Of a stretch of 64,000 bases of DNA, positions 21,060 to 29,989 are shown in pieces. The position numbers and the translations under genes were made by a program. Within the stretch, counting starts at the first letter, position 1. Each line of letters begins with the position of its first letter. The notes beneath the pieces were generated by a model. It was not told where the DNA came from. It saw only the letters and a list, made by a program, of their open reading frames with translations, and searched no databases. The stretch is taken from NCBI GenBank assembly GCA_045803545.1, contig JBJMOW010000002.1, positions 64,001 through 128,000 on the forward strand. The letters run 5' to 3'. The DNA comes from Gemmatimonadaceae bacterium (GTDB lineage Bacteria; Gemmatimonadota; Gemmatimonadetes; Gemmatimonadales; Gemmatimonadaceae).

Positions 21060-22064
21060 ATGTTCTGTCCCGACTGCGGCAGCTGGAATCGCGGTGAGGC
21101 CGCGCGTTGCGTACGCTGTGGCATCCGCATGCCCGAGGCGAGCGATCGGCGTCAGTCTCCGCCGGATCCTTCTGTGACCGCACTGCGTCAGGTCACGGGC
21201 GGCCGCTATACCATCATGCATCGGGTCGGCGAAGGCGGCATGGCGAGCGTGTACTTCGCGCTCAACGTCGCCCTCGATTCGCCGGTAGTGATCAAGGTTC
21301 TGCACCCGCATCTTGCGCGTGAATCGGAGATGCGCGAGCGGTTCAAGCGCGAGGCCGAGTCTGCCGCGCAGCTGATGCACCCCCATGTATGCAAGATCAT
21401 CGACTTCGGAATGGTCGAAGATCAAGTCTATCTGGTGATGCCGTACATGGCGCGCGGAACTCTTAGCGACAGAATCGGCGGCCATCGCTCGCTGACAGCC
21501 GAGACGACCGCCGCGATCGCCGCACAGGTCGCGACCGGTCTCGATTACGCGCATCGGCGCGGACTGGTGCACCGCGACATCAAGCCGGACAACATCTTGT
21601 TCGATGAAGACGAGAACGCGCTCGTCACCGATTTCGGGATTGCGACCGGACACTTTCGCAGCCGCATGACCGGCAGCGGCAACGTGATGGGGACCCCGCA
21701 CTACATGTCGCCCGAGCAGGCCCGCGGAAAACTGCTCGACGGTCGCAGCGATCTCTATGGGCTAGGCGTTGTGATGTACGAAACTCTCCTTGGCTTCCCA
21801 CCGTTCGATGGCGCAGACAGCTACTCGATCAGCTACAAGCATGTAACCGAGACGGCTGTGGCGCCCGACGTCGTAGATTCGCGTATTCCCGCCCAGATGT
21901 CTCAAATCGTGATGAAGTGCCTGGAGAAGAATCCGGCCCAGCGGTTCGAGCGCGGCAACGCACTCGCCGATGCGCTGATCGAATTTCTCGCCGGCGCCGG
22001 CGCTCGCAACGAGTTCAGAATGGCGCGTACTGCGCGTTCGACCCCCGTCGTAGCCGCTGGATGA
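21060..22064 (+). CDS. Serine/threonine protein kinase with N-terminal zinc ribbon
   Basis: MFCPDCG...CVRCG; GEGGMASVY, VIKVL, HRDIKPDN, DFG, GTPHYMSPEQ and DLYGLG motifs; ATG at 21060. Confidence 0.93.
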   Translation: MFCPDCGSWNRGEAARCVRCGIRMPEASDRRQSPPDPSVTALRQVTGGRYTIMHRVGEGGMASVYFALNVALDSPVVIKVLHPHLARESEMRERFKREAESAAQLMHPHVCKIIDFGMVEDQVYLVMPYMARGTLSDRIGGHRSLTAETTAAIAAQVATGLDYAHRRGLVHRDIKPDNILFDEDENALVTDFGIATGHFRSRMTGSGNVMGTPHYMSPEQARGKLLDGRSDLYGLGVVMYETLLGFPPFDGADSYSISYKHVTETAVAPDVVDSRIPAQMSQIVMKCLEKNPAQRFERGNALADALIEFLAGAGARNEFRMARTARSTPVVAAG

Positions 22065-23116
22065 AGCTCTCGCACCAGACAATCGAGCTCAATCCCACGC
22101 ATCCATTCGTGATCGCGCGCGGTGGTTATGCGCATCACCGCAATGTGATCGTCCGCCTGACCGACGAGGATGGCATCGAAGGATACGGAGAGGCCGCGCC
22201 CAACAAGTACTACGGTGAATCCGTCTCGACCGTCATCGCCGCGCTTGGACAATTCAAGCCGATCCTCGAGCGCGCCGATCCCTTTTCGATCGAGTCCATT
22301 GAGGCGCAGCTCAATCGCCTGCTGCGCGGCAATGCATCCGCAAAGAGTGCAGTCAGCTCAGCCCTGCACGATCTCGTCGGCAAGAAGCTTGGCCTTCCTG
22401 TCTACAGGCTTTGGGGACTTGACGCCGATGCGGCCCCGCAATCGAGCTTCACTATCGCGATTGCGGAGAACGAAGAGCTCGAACGCCGCGTTTCCGAAGC
22501 GCGTGACTATCCGATTCTCAAGATCAAGCTCGGGACTGACCGGGACATGGAGATTGTCCGCATCGTTCGTAGCGCAGCACCGGGAAAGAGACTTCGCGTC
22601 GATGCAAATGCCGCGTGGACGCCGAAGCACGCCGTCCAAATGAGCGAGTTCCTCGCCGAGCAGGGGATAGAGATGATCGAGCAGCCCGTGCCCGCCAACG
22701 ACATCCAAGGTCTGCGCTTCGTTCGTGAACGATCAAAGTTGCCGGTTTTTGCCGATGAATCCTGTCTTGTCGCCACCGATGTTGCGAAGCTTCACGGAGC
22801 CGTCGATGGCATCAACATCAAGCTTGCGAAGTGTGGCAGCTTGCGCGAAGCGCTGCGGATGGTGCACGCGGCGCGCGCGTTGGACATGCAGGTTATGGCT
22901 GGCTGCATGATCGAGAGCTCACTCGGCATTTCCGCGATCGCGCAGATATCTCCGCTCCTCGATTACGCCGACTTCGACGGCGCTGCGCTGCTCTCGACCG
23001 ATCCGTTTCGTGGCGTAACCATTGGTGGCGGACAGGTGCAACTGACAGACGGCCCCGGCCTCGGCGCGACACCAGCGCCCAGCGTCGATCTGGCTTCGGC
23101 ATTCCAGAGTGCGTGA
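22061..23116 (+). CDS. Dipeptide epimerase (L-Ala-D/L-Glu epimerase, enolase superfamily)
   Basis: GYGEAAP, KIKLG, RVDANAAW, IEQP, ADES, INIKLAKCG and GCMIES motifs; ATG at 22061. Confidence 0.9.
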   Translation: MKLSHQTIELNPTHPFVIARGGYAHHRNVIVRLTDEDGIEGYGEAAPNKYYGESVSTVIAALGQFKPILERADPFSIESIEAQLNRLLRGNASAKSAVSSALHDLVGKKLGLPVYRLWGLDADAAPQSSFTIAIAENEELERRVSEARDYPILKIKLGTDRDMEIVRIVRSAAPGKRLRVDANAAWTPKHAVQMSEFLAEQGIEMIEQPVPANDIQGLRFVRERSKLPVFADESCLVATDVAKLHGAVDGINIKLAKCGSLREALRMVHAARALDMQVMAGCMIESSLGISAIAQISPLLDYADFDGAALLSTDPFRGVTIGGGQVQLTDGPGLGATPAPSVDLASAFQSA

Positions 23117-25391
23117 GCGAGTGGCATCACCGCAGTTCGTGCAGGTGGCGTTGCCGCTGCCGCTATTCCAGACGTTTACCTACGCAGTGGAGGACGGACT
23201 CACCAATCCGGTGAGAATCGGCTCGCGGGTGATCGTCCCGCTCCGCAATGACAGAGAAGTCGGAATTTGCGTCGGCATGAGCGACGCCAGTCCGCTCAAG
23301 CGCAAGCCGAAGTCCGTCGTGGAGTCCCCTGATGTCGAGCCGGCGATCGGCACGTCGCTGCTGGAGCTGTGTAAGTGGATGGCGGACTATTACGTAGTAC
23401 CGCTTGGCGTTGTTCTGCGCGCGGTGCTGCCGGCCGCGCTGACTGGCGCCGAAGCACCCCATCCGTCGCGCAAGACCCGTCGCATTGTGAAGGTCGGAGC
23501 GGAAATCCCATCTTTGCTCGAGCGGGATAAGACTTTCGCGCGCAAGAAGCAGCAGCGCGCGGTGTTCGAGCTGATTGAGTCGCTGGGTGGGCGCACCACC
23601 GTGGAGCATCTGACGTCCCAGCTCGATTTCTCGGCCTCGGTACTGAAGTCGCTGGAGAAAAGCGGTCTGATCTCGATCGAAGAAGAGGAAGTCGAGCGCG
23701 ACCCGTTCTCGTCGCGCGGGGGAGTGTCGGCGACGAGATTGCGGCCCACTCCCGCGCAGCAACAGGCCGTTGACACAATGGCAGCGGCCGAGCCTGGGTC
23801 GGTGTTCCTGCTGCACGGGATCACCGGCAGTGGCAAGACTCTCGTGTACATCGAGCTTCTTCGAAAAATCGTCGAGGAGCGCGGGAAGACTGCGATCGTG
23901 CTGGTGCCGGAAATCGCACTGACCCCGCAAACGGTCGACCGTTTTCGCGCGGCGTTTGGCGACAAGATCGCCGTGCTCCATTCAGCACTCAGTGAAGGTG
24001 AGAGGTACGACGCCTGGCTTGGTCTCAAGCGCGGCGATAAAAGAATCGTCGTGGGCGCCCGTTCCGCGGTTTTCGCACCGCTCGAGAATCTCGGCGCGAT
24101 CATCGTCGACGAGGAACATGAATCGAGCTACAAGCAAGGCGAGACGCCACGCTATCACGCGCGGGAGGTAGCGATCGTTCGTGCGCGAAACGAAGGCGCG
24201 ATCACTGTGCTCGGGAGTGCCACGCCTTCACTGGAGAGCTGGGCGAATGCGGAAGCGGGGAAGTACACCCTGCTGACCCTGCCGGACCGGGTTGGTGGCG
24301 GCAAGCTCCCGGATGTCGATGTGATCGATCTGCGTCGAACTCCGGTCGACTACACGGCGATGGCCCAGGGTGGCGTCGACTATGGAGCTGTTATTCGCGA
24401 GCCGCTTCACGACGCAATCGTCGAGACGATCAGGCGTGGCGAACAGACGATTCTGCTGCTCAATCGGCGAGGCTACTCGTCGTTCGTGCAATGCATGGAC
24501 TGTGGCTCGGTTGCGACGTGCCCGCACTGCAGCATTACGCTCACGATCCACCGGAATCCGGAGCGGTTGGTCTGTCATTACTGTTTGCACAAGGAAGAGC
24601 CGCGCCCTGATTGTCCGCGTTGTGGCGGGAGAAATCTCAAGCAGCGCGGTCTTGGAACGCAGCAAGTCGAGCGACTGCTCTGCGAGCGTTTTCCGTCAGC
24701 GCGCATCGCGCGTATGGACGTCGATACGACGAGCGGGAAATGGGCGCACACCCGCATTCTCGATCGCGTAGGTGCCGGTGAGATCGATATCCTGCTCGGC
24801 ACCCAGATGATCGCGAAGGGGCTCGACTTTCCCAACGTGACCCTCGTCGGCGTTGTCGACGCCGATGTTGGAATCAATCTTCCCGATTTCCGCGCTTCAG
24901 AGCGATCCTTCCAATTATTGAGTCAGGTAGCCGGGCGTGCGGGCCGAGGCGAGAAGGGAGGACGAGTGCTGATTCAAACGAGGCTGCCGACCCATCATGC
25001 AGTCCGATACGCTCTCTCGCACGACTACGCCGCATTCGTGCGCGAGGAGTTGGACGGGAGGCTGGATCCGCTGTATCCCCCCAATGTTCGATTGGCGAAC
25101 ATCGTCTTCAGTGGTACGGTTGAGGACTCGACCGCCAAGCTGGCGATCCACGCCGGGGAATGGCTCCGCGAGCTGATCGCAACGCGGGCAGGCGATGAAG
25201 TCACCGTCGTTGGACCAGCGCCGTGCCCAATCGAGCGCATCAAGAGTCGCTGGCGCTGGCACGTGTTGCTGAAGTCCGCACATCCCGGCGAGTTAACCCG
25301 CGTTAGCCGCTATTTCATGGAGCGTTTCGAAGTGCCGACGACCGCCCAGCTGAGAGTCACCCTCGACCGTGACCCTGTTGCGCTGCTATAA
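23109..25391 (+). CDS. priA: Primosomal protein N' (replication restart helicase)
   Basis: GITGSGKT, LVPEIALTPQ, DEEHE, LNRRGY, two CxxC pairs and GTQMIAKGLDFP. Confidence 0.97.
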   Translation: MRERVASPQFVQVALPLPLFQTFTYAVEDGLTNPVRIGSRVIVPLRNDREVGICVGMSDASPLKRKPKSVVESPDVEPAIGTSLLELCKWMADYYVVPLGVVLRAVLPAALTGAEAPHPSRKTRRIVKVGAEIPSLLERDKTFARKKQQRAVFELIESLGGRTTVEHLTSQLDFSASVLKSLEKSGLISIEEEEVERDPFSSRGGVSATRLRPTPAQQQAVDTMAAAEPGSVFLLHGITGSGKTLVYIELLRKIVEERGKTAIVLVPEIALTPQTVDRFRAAFGDKIAVLHSALSEGERYDAWLGLKRGDKRIVVGARSAVFAPLENLGAIIVDEEHESSYKQGETPRYHAREVAIVRARNEGAITVLGSATPSLESWANAEAGKYTLLTLPDRVGGGKLPDVDVIDLRRTPVDYTAMAQGGVDYGAVIREPLHDAIVETIRRGEQTILLLNRRGYSSFVQCMDCGSVATCPHCSITLTIHRNPERLVCHYCLHKEEPRPDCPRCGGRNLKQRGLGTQQVERLLCERFPSARIARMDVDTTSGKWAHTRILDRVGAGEIDILLGTQMIAKGLDFPNVTLVGVVDADVGINLPDFRASERSFQLLSQVAGRAGRGEKGGRVLIQTRLPTHHAVRYALSHDYAAFVREELDGRLDPLYPPNVRLANIVFSGTVEDSTAKLAIHAGEWLRELIATRAGDEVTVVGPAPCPIERIKSRWRWHVLLKSAHPGELTRVSRYFMERFEVPTTAQLRVTLDRDPVALL

Positions 25392-25443
25392 GTCAAGCTC
25401 GCAGCGCTCGTTAGCTCGCACGCCGCAGCCTTATCTTTAAATA

Positions 25444-26568
25444 GTGACGACCCTCCGCCATCCCGACTTTACGAGTGCCGAGCTAGCCAATGCTCCCGAC
25501 GCGAAATTTGTCGCCGCGCCGGCCGATGGAGTCTTGCCCGAAAACTTCTTCTCCACCACCAATCTGCCGACCTACGTACGGATCAAGGGTTCGTGGCGGA
25601 TGCCGCGCGAGCCGCGGATGGATTCCGCGCTTGTCCTCGAAGGTGACGGCGGACTGTGGGTCCGGGAAGGCCGCAGACTGAAGAAGGGCGACATGGTCGC
25701 TGTCGGCAGCGCTGAAGACGGCGCCGAAGGTATCTACGTGCACACTGCGTCTTTCCTCGGCGACGAGGAAGGCGAATTCAAATTCATGACCAGTGAGGTG
25801 TCGCGCGAAAAGCCCATCGACTATGCGGAGATGGCGCGGCTGCTGATCGAGCAGCGCGACCGCGCCGGGTATCCGATCTGGGTGACCGGACCCGCGCTGG
25901 TGCATTCACGCGCTCGCGCCGACATGGTGTGGTTCATCGAGAACGGATTCGTGTCGGCTCTGCTCGCCGGTAACGCCGTCGCGGTGCACGACATCGAAGC
26001 ATCGATCTTTGGCACCACCCTCGGCATGACCAAAACCGGCGAGGCTACTTCGGGTGGTCACGGGCTGCACATGCGCGCGATCAACAGGGTCCGCGCCGCC
26101 GGGTCGATCGCCAAAGCAGTCGAGCAGGGAATCATCACCGACGGCATCATGCACGCCTGCGTCGTAAAGGGCGTGCCCTACGTGCTCACCGGTTCGATTC
26201 GCGACGACGGCCCGTTGCCCGATGTCGTCACCGACATGCTGGCGGCTCAGGACGCGATGAAGCGACACACGACACGCGCAACTATGGCGGTGCTCATTGC
26301 CACCGCGCTTCACGCAATCGCCACCGGCAACATGCTCCCGGCATTCGTTACGGAGAAGGACGGCTCGATGCGTGAGCTGCCGACGATCTGCGTCGATTCC
26401 TCGGAGTTCGTCGTCAGCAAGCTCAAGGATCGCGGCACCCACCAGGCGTTCGGCGTCGTGACAAACGCCCAGGATTTCATGCACATTCTGCGGTTGTACG
26501 TCGAGCGTGAGCTGATCGACCGCAAAAGCGGACGCTCGACTTCCCAGACTGCCAGGGTGAGCGCTTGA
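25444..26568 (+). CDS. TIGR00300 / LOR-SDH family protein (putative ornithine cyclodeaminase domain)
   Basis: APADGVLPENFFSTTNLPT, FKFMTSEVSREKP, LAGNAVAVHDIE, GSIRDDGPLP, IATGNM and KLKDRG motifs. Confidence 0.85.
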   Translation: MTTLRHPDFTSAELANAPDAKFVAAPADGVLPENFFSTTNLPTYVRIKGSWRMPREPRMDSALVLEGDGGLWVREGRRLKKGDMVAVGSAEDGAEGIYVHTASFLGDEEGEFKFMTSEVSREKPIDYAEMARLLIEQRDRAGYPIWVTGPALVHSRARADMVWFIENGFVSALLAGNAVAVHDIEASIFGTTLGMTKTGEATSGGHGLHMRAINRVRAAGSIAKAVEQGIITDGIMHACVVKGVPYVLTGSIRDDGPLPDVVTDMLAAQDAMKRHTTRATMAVLIATALHAIATGNMLPAFVTEKDGSMRELPTICVDSSEFVVSKLKDRGTHQAFGVVTNAQDFMHILRLYVERELIDRKSGRSTSQTARVSA

Positions 26569-27032
26569 TCGAAACGACCGAGAGATTTCTGCGCGATATC
26601 GCCGAGCGTATTGGTTTGCACTCAGTGGATGAAGTGAGGCTTTTCCCGCCGCTTCGTCAGGCAGGTGTAGAGACCTGCGTCGCCGTGGTAGCTGCGCTGC
26701 CGCTTCCGCCCGAGCCGGTCGACGAGCGCTCGGCCGACGAGCCGCCCGAAGCGCTCAGCGAGAGCGCGGGTGAAGAATTCCTGCCGATCGAAGAAGAAGA
26801 CCGTGAGATCATCGTCCATCGACACACGGTCTTCACCGCTCGCTATCGCCACACGCTGAAAGGACCCGACCGCGGCAAATGGGAAGTAGACGTGCAGGCC
26901 GAAGCCGACGCGCCGCTGGTGACTGTCGATCAGGTGGTGAAGGGAGTGATGAAACGCGCCGGCGAGCCGTTCGAGCCTGAGCGCATCACCGCCTCGGAAT
27001 TCAAGACGATCGTCGAGAGTCCGGCTATCTAG
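26565..27032 (+). CDS. Hypothetical protein with a central acidic/Pro-rich insert
   Basis: TTG start overlapping the upstream stop; codon usage like neighbouring genes. Confidence 0.7.
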   Translation: MIETTERFLRDIAERIGLHSVDEVRLFPPLRQAGVETCVAVVAALPLPPEPVDERSADEPPEALSESAGEEFLPIEEEDREIIVHRHTVFTARYRHTLKGPDRGKWEVDVQAEADAPLVTVDQVVKGVMKRAGEPFEPERITASEFKTIVESPAI

Positions 27033-28815
27033 TCGTCACGACCTGCTGCGTCGCGATCGGCGTCAGGCGAGCAGCAGCGGACGTTGCATCAGGTGCGTTG
27101 GCCGCTGCATATCGCGCCAGAACGGTTCGATGGATGTCCCGCGCATCTTCAAGGGTCTCCGCCGCGAGCCCCAGTCTCTCTGGCGAGATCAGGAACGGAT
27201 AGACCTGATCTCCGCCCGCCGAGCCGTGCGCGCCAACCTGATCGTCGAACGAGACGATGTCGTACCCGTCGTAGGCACCGAACAGGACGCAGTCGCCTGC
27301 GTTGTTCTGACGCACCAGCGATTCAACCGCTTGCAGGACGTAAGGCTCGGTTCCGAATAATTCGAGCGGATTCTCGCCGGCTGTTACGTTCACGCTGCCA
27401 TCCCGAAGCGTTGCGCGGCCATGACGACTGGCGAGATGCACGCCGTCCGTTGCGAGCGTCGCGACCAGACCGATGCCCGGATGCTTCACCAGCTGCTCGT
27501 ACAGTCTGGCCCAGCGCGAGTCGCGCATGATCTGTTCGTGGGATAACCGCTGATCGCTTTGCGCGAAGTAGACCAGCGCCAAACACGAGCTGTACGTAAC
27601 GACGACATCATTCGTGCGGTCGACGCGGTATTTCTCGGGGAAAATGATCTCCCGCAGCCCGTATCGGCTTCTCAACCAGTCACGAAATCGAAGAATGCCG
27701 CGACGGAAGCCGAACTTTGTCGGCGTCAACTGCGCGACTGCCTCGACGACCTCCGGACCCATGTCGGAGTATTCGGTGTCGACGGCGAAGCTGGCGTGCG
27801 CCTTGGGCGCCGGAGCTTCGTGGGCGGGCGCTTCGTTTAGCAGACGCTGGACGGTTGTACCAAGAGATTCTCCGAACTGCACGCGATAACTCAGCGCCGG
27901 CGTCATGCCGTGATCGGAGAGGATGACCAGATCATACCCGCGCCCACCGGCAAGCTGCGCCATCCGCCAGATCTCGGCGATGCGCGCATCGGTGCGGCGC
28001 AAATCGGCCAGCGCCTGCTTGCTCGACGGCCCGAAGTGGTGCGCCAGCTCATCGTACTGCATGAACGTGCTGTAGATGACTGGCACGCCGAGGTAGACGT
28101 CGAGCAGAATCGCCATCGTCTGCAGCTCACGAACGACGACGTTGCTGAGGATGCGAATGAACGGGAAGATTCCTTCCGCGTGCGTGACGCGCCCGGCCAG
28201 CTCACCGCGGGCACGTTCCCACTCCTCGAGCAGCCACTCGAATGCTCCCTGCAGGAGCATGCGCGCCATGCGGATCGGGTGCAGCAGCATGAGCAGCGCC
28301 ATGCGGGTTCCGCCCAACCTGCGATACACCGACATTTTCTCACGTGTGGCGACGGTGAACGCGACAGTCTGCGCATCGCCGTCCAGCAGATTTACGTAAC
28401 TCGATCCTCCGGCGAGCGCGCCCGGCACGTGGATACGATCGCGAATGTACTGCACGCCGTGAGGCGCGTTGCACGTGATGACGCGCCGCGCGGCCTTGTC
28501 GTAGAAACGGAACGCCGGAATACCGTCGTTTTGTCCGTGAAACATTCCCGCCTGGCAATACGGTGTCGCCGAGGGCAACCCGCAGAACCAGCGCCTGAGC
28601 GCAAATCCTTCGCGCAGCAGCCGGGAAATCGTCGGACAGAGGCCGAGCTCCAATGCGCGCCGCAAATCGGAGTACGCCAGCGCATCGATCTGCAGCATGA
28701 TCAGGCCGCGCTGCGGCGGACGCGGACGTTTCTCGCGCGCGAACGGCCGGTACTTCGTACGATAGTACCAGCGCAGGAACGGACCGGCGCGCGGACGCGC
28801 GCGACGCTCCGTTAT
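27025..28815 (-). CDS. Alkaline phosphatase superfamily protein (type I phosphodiesterase/NPP-like); start uncertain
   Basis: LQIDAL, GLPSATPYCQAG, YDELAHHFGP, LSDHG and GAHG metal/nucleophile motifs. Confidence 0.8.
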   Translation of the reverse strand: MTERRARPRAGPFLRWYYRTKYRPFAREKRPRPPQRGLIMLQIDALAYSDLRRALELGLCPTISRLLREGFALRRWFCGLPSATPYCQAGMFHGQNDGIPAFRFYDKAARRVITCNAPHGVQYIRDRIHVPGALAGGSSYVNLLDGDAQTVAFTVATREKMSVYRRLGGTRMALLMLLHPIRMARMLLQGAFEWLLEEWERARGELAGRVTHAEGIFPFIRILSNVVVRELQTMAILLDVYLGVPVIYSTFMQYDELAHHFGPSSKQALADLRRTDARIAEIWRMAQLAGGRGYDLVILSDHGMTPALSYRVQFGESLGTTVQRLLNEAPAHEAPAPKAHASFAVDTEYSDMGPEVVEAVAQLTPTKFGFRRGILRFRDWLRSRYGLREIIFPEKYRVDRTNDVVVTYSSCLALVYFAQSDQRLSHEQIMRDSRWARLYEQLVKHPGIGLVATLATDGVHLASRHGRATLRDGSVNVTAGENPLELFGTEPYVLQAVESLVRQNNAGDCVLFGAYDGYDIVSFDDQVGAHGSAGGDQVYPFLISPERLGLAAETLEDARDIHRTVLARYAAANAPDATSAAARLTPIATQQVVTTR

Positions 28816-29174
28816 GCCAGGTGGTGTTCGATGTGCCGTAAGAGCTCGCTTATTCCGACAGGCTTGAGGAATACCTCTGCACAGCCTGCGTCGAGACATT
28901 TCTGGCGGGTGCGCGAGTCTCCGTGCCCCGTCATCGCCAGTGTCGCCTTGGGAAGGGATTTCTGCTCGCGCAATTGGTCCAGAAGCTCGAGGCCGTCGCC
29001 GTCGGGCAGGGAAATATCGAGCAGGATCAGATCCGCGGGGCGAGTCTTCGTGACCTCGACGGCTTCGGCGATCGTTCCGGCGACATCGACGTCGTAACCC
29101 GATTCCCGGAGGAGAATGCTGAACGCGTCGGTCACGAGCGGGCTGTCCTCCACGATGAGGATTCGGGCGGGCAC
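28812..29174 (-). CDS. Single-domain response regulator
   Basis: ILIVEDS, LILLDISLPDGDGLE, AMTG and FLKP motifs. Confidence 0.93.
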   Translation of the reverse strand: MPARILIVEDSPLVTDAFSILLRESGYDVDVAGTIAEAVEVTKTRPADLILLDISLPDGDGLELLDQLREQKSLPKATLAMTGHGDSRTRQKCLDAGCAEVFLKPVGISELLRHIEHHLA

Positions 29175-29989
29175 TATGCGCGGGGAACGTTGAGCGGAAG
29201 CGTGAAGAAAAAGCGACTGCCTTTCTTCAGCTCGCTTTCGACCCAGATTCTCCCGTGGTGCAGTTCGACGAACCGGCGCGCGATGGCGAGTCCAAGGCCG
29301 GTGCCGTGATGCTGCCGCGAAGGAGAAGCATCTACCTGCGCAAACTCTCGGAAAACGAGATCGTGATGCGCGCGCGCGATGCCGCGGCCGGTGTCACCGA
29401 TCTCCACCAGCAGTTCTTCTTCGTCACGACCGCGACGTGAAAACGAGATCCACGCCCGCCCGCCGTTGTTGGTGAACTTGATGGCGTTGCCGATCAGGTT
29501 TCCCAAAACGTGTTTGATCTTGTCTCGATCGGCAGTGACGAGCGGGAGATCGTCGCCGTTCAGTCGCTCGATCGTGATGTGCTTTTTAGCCGCCAGCGAC
29601 TGATTCAGCAGCTTTACCTGATCCACGAGGTCGGCCATCGAGAACTCTGTGGGTACGAGCGTCACCTGATCACTGGCGCTGCGGACGTAGCTGAGTATCT
29701 CGTCTATCATGTCGAGCAGTTGCTGGCCGCCGTTGACAATACCGCTGACGCTATCGCGCTGTTTCTGATTGAGCTCGCCCAGCATCCCGTCGCGGAGAAT
29801 CTCGGCGTGGGTGATGATGGCGGCGAGCGGCGTGCGAAGATCGTGCGAGATGTTCGACAGGAACTGAGTCTTGAGCCCATCGCGCGACTTGAGCTCGTCG
29901 ATGGTCTTCTGCGCTTCGCGAGCCTTACCCTCGAGTGCATTCAGCCGCTTGGTCAGAGCGGCGTCACTTACACGGTGAGACATGCTCAT
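29174..29989 (-). CDS. Histidine kinase with only a short N-terminal coiled coil
   Basis: FLSNISHDLRTP, NLIGNAIKFT, DTGRGI and HGTGLGL motifs. Confidence 0.92.
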   Translation of the reverse strand: MSMSHRVSDAALTKRLNALEGKAREAQKTIDELKSRDGLKTQFLSNISHDLRTPLAAIITHAEILRDGMLGELNQKQRDSVSGIVNGGQQLLDMIDEILSYVRSASDQVTLVPTEFSMADLVDQVKLLNQSLAAKKHITIERLNGDDLPLVTADRDKIKHVLGNLIGNAIKFTNNGGRAWISFSRRGRDEEELLVEIGDTGRGIARAHHDLVFREFAQVDASPSRQHHGTGLGLAIARRFVELHHGRIWVESELKKGSRFFFTLPLNVPRA

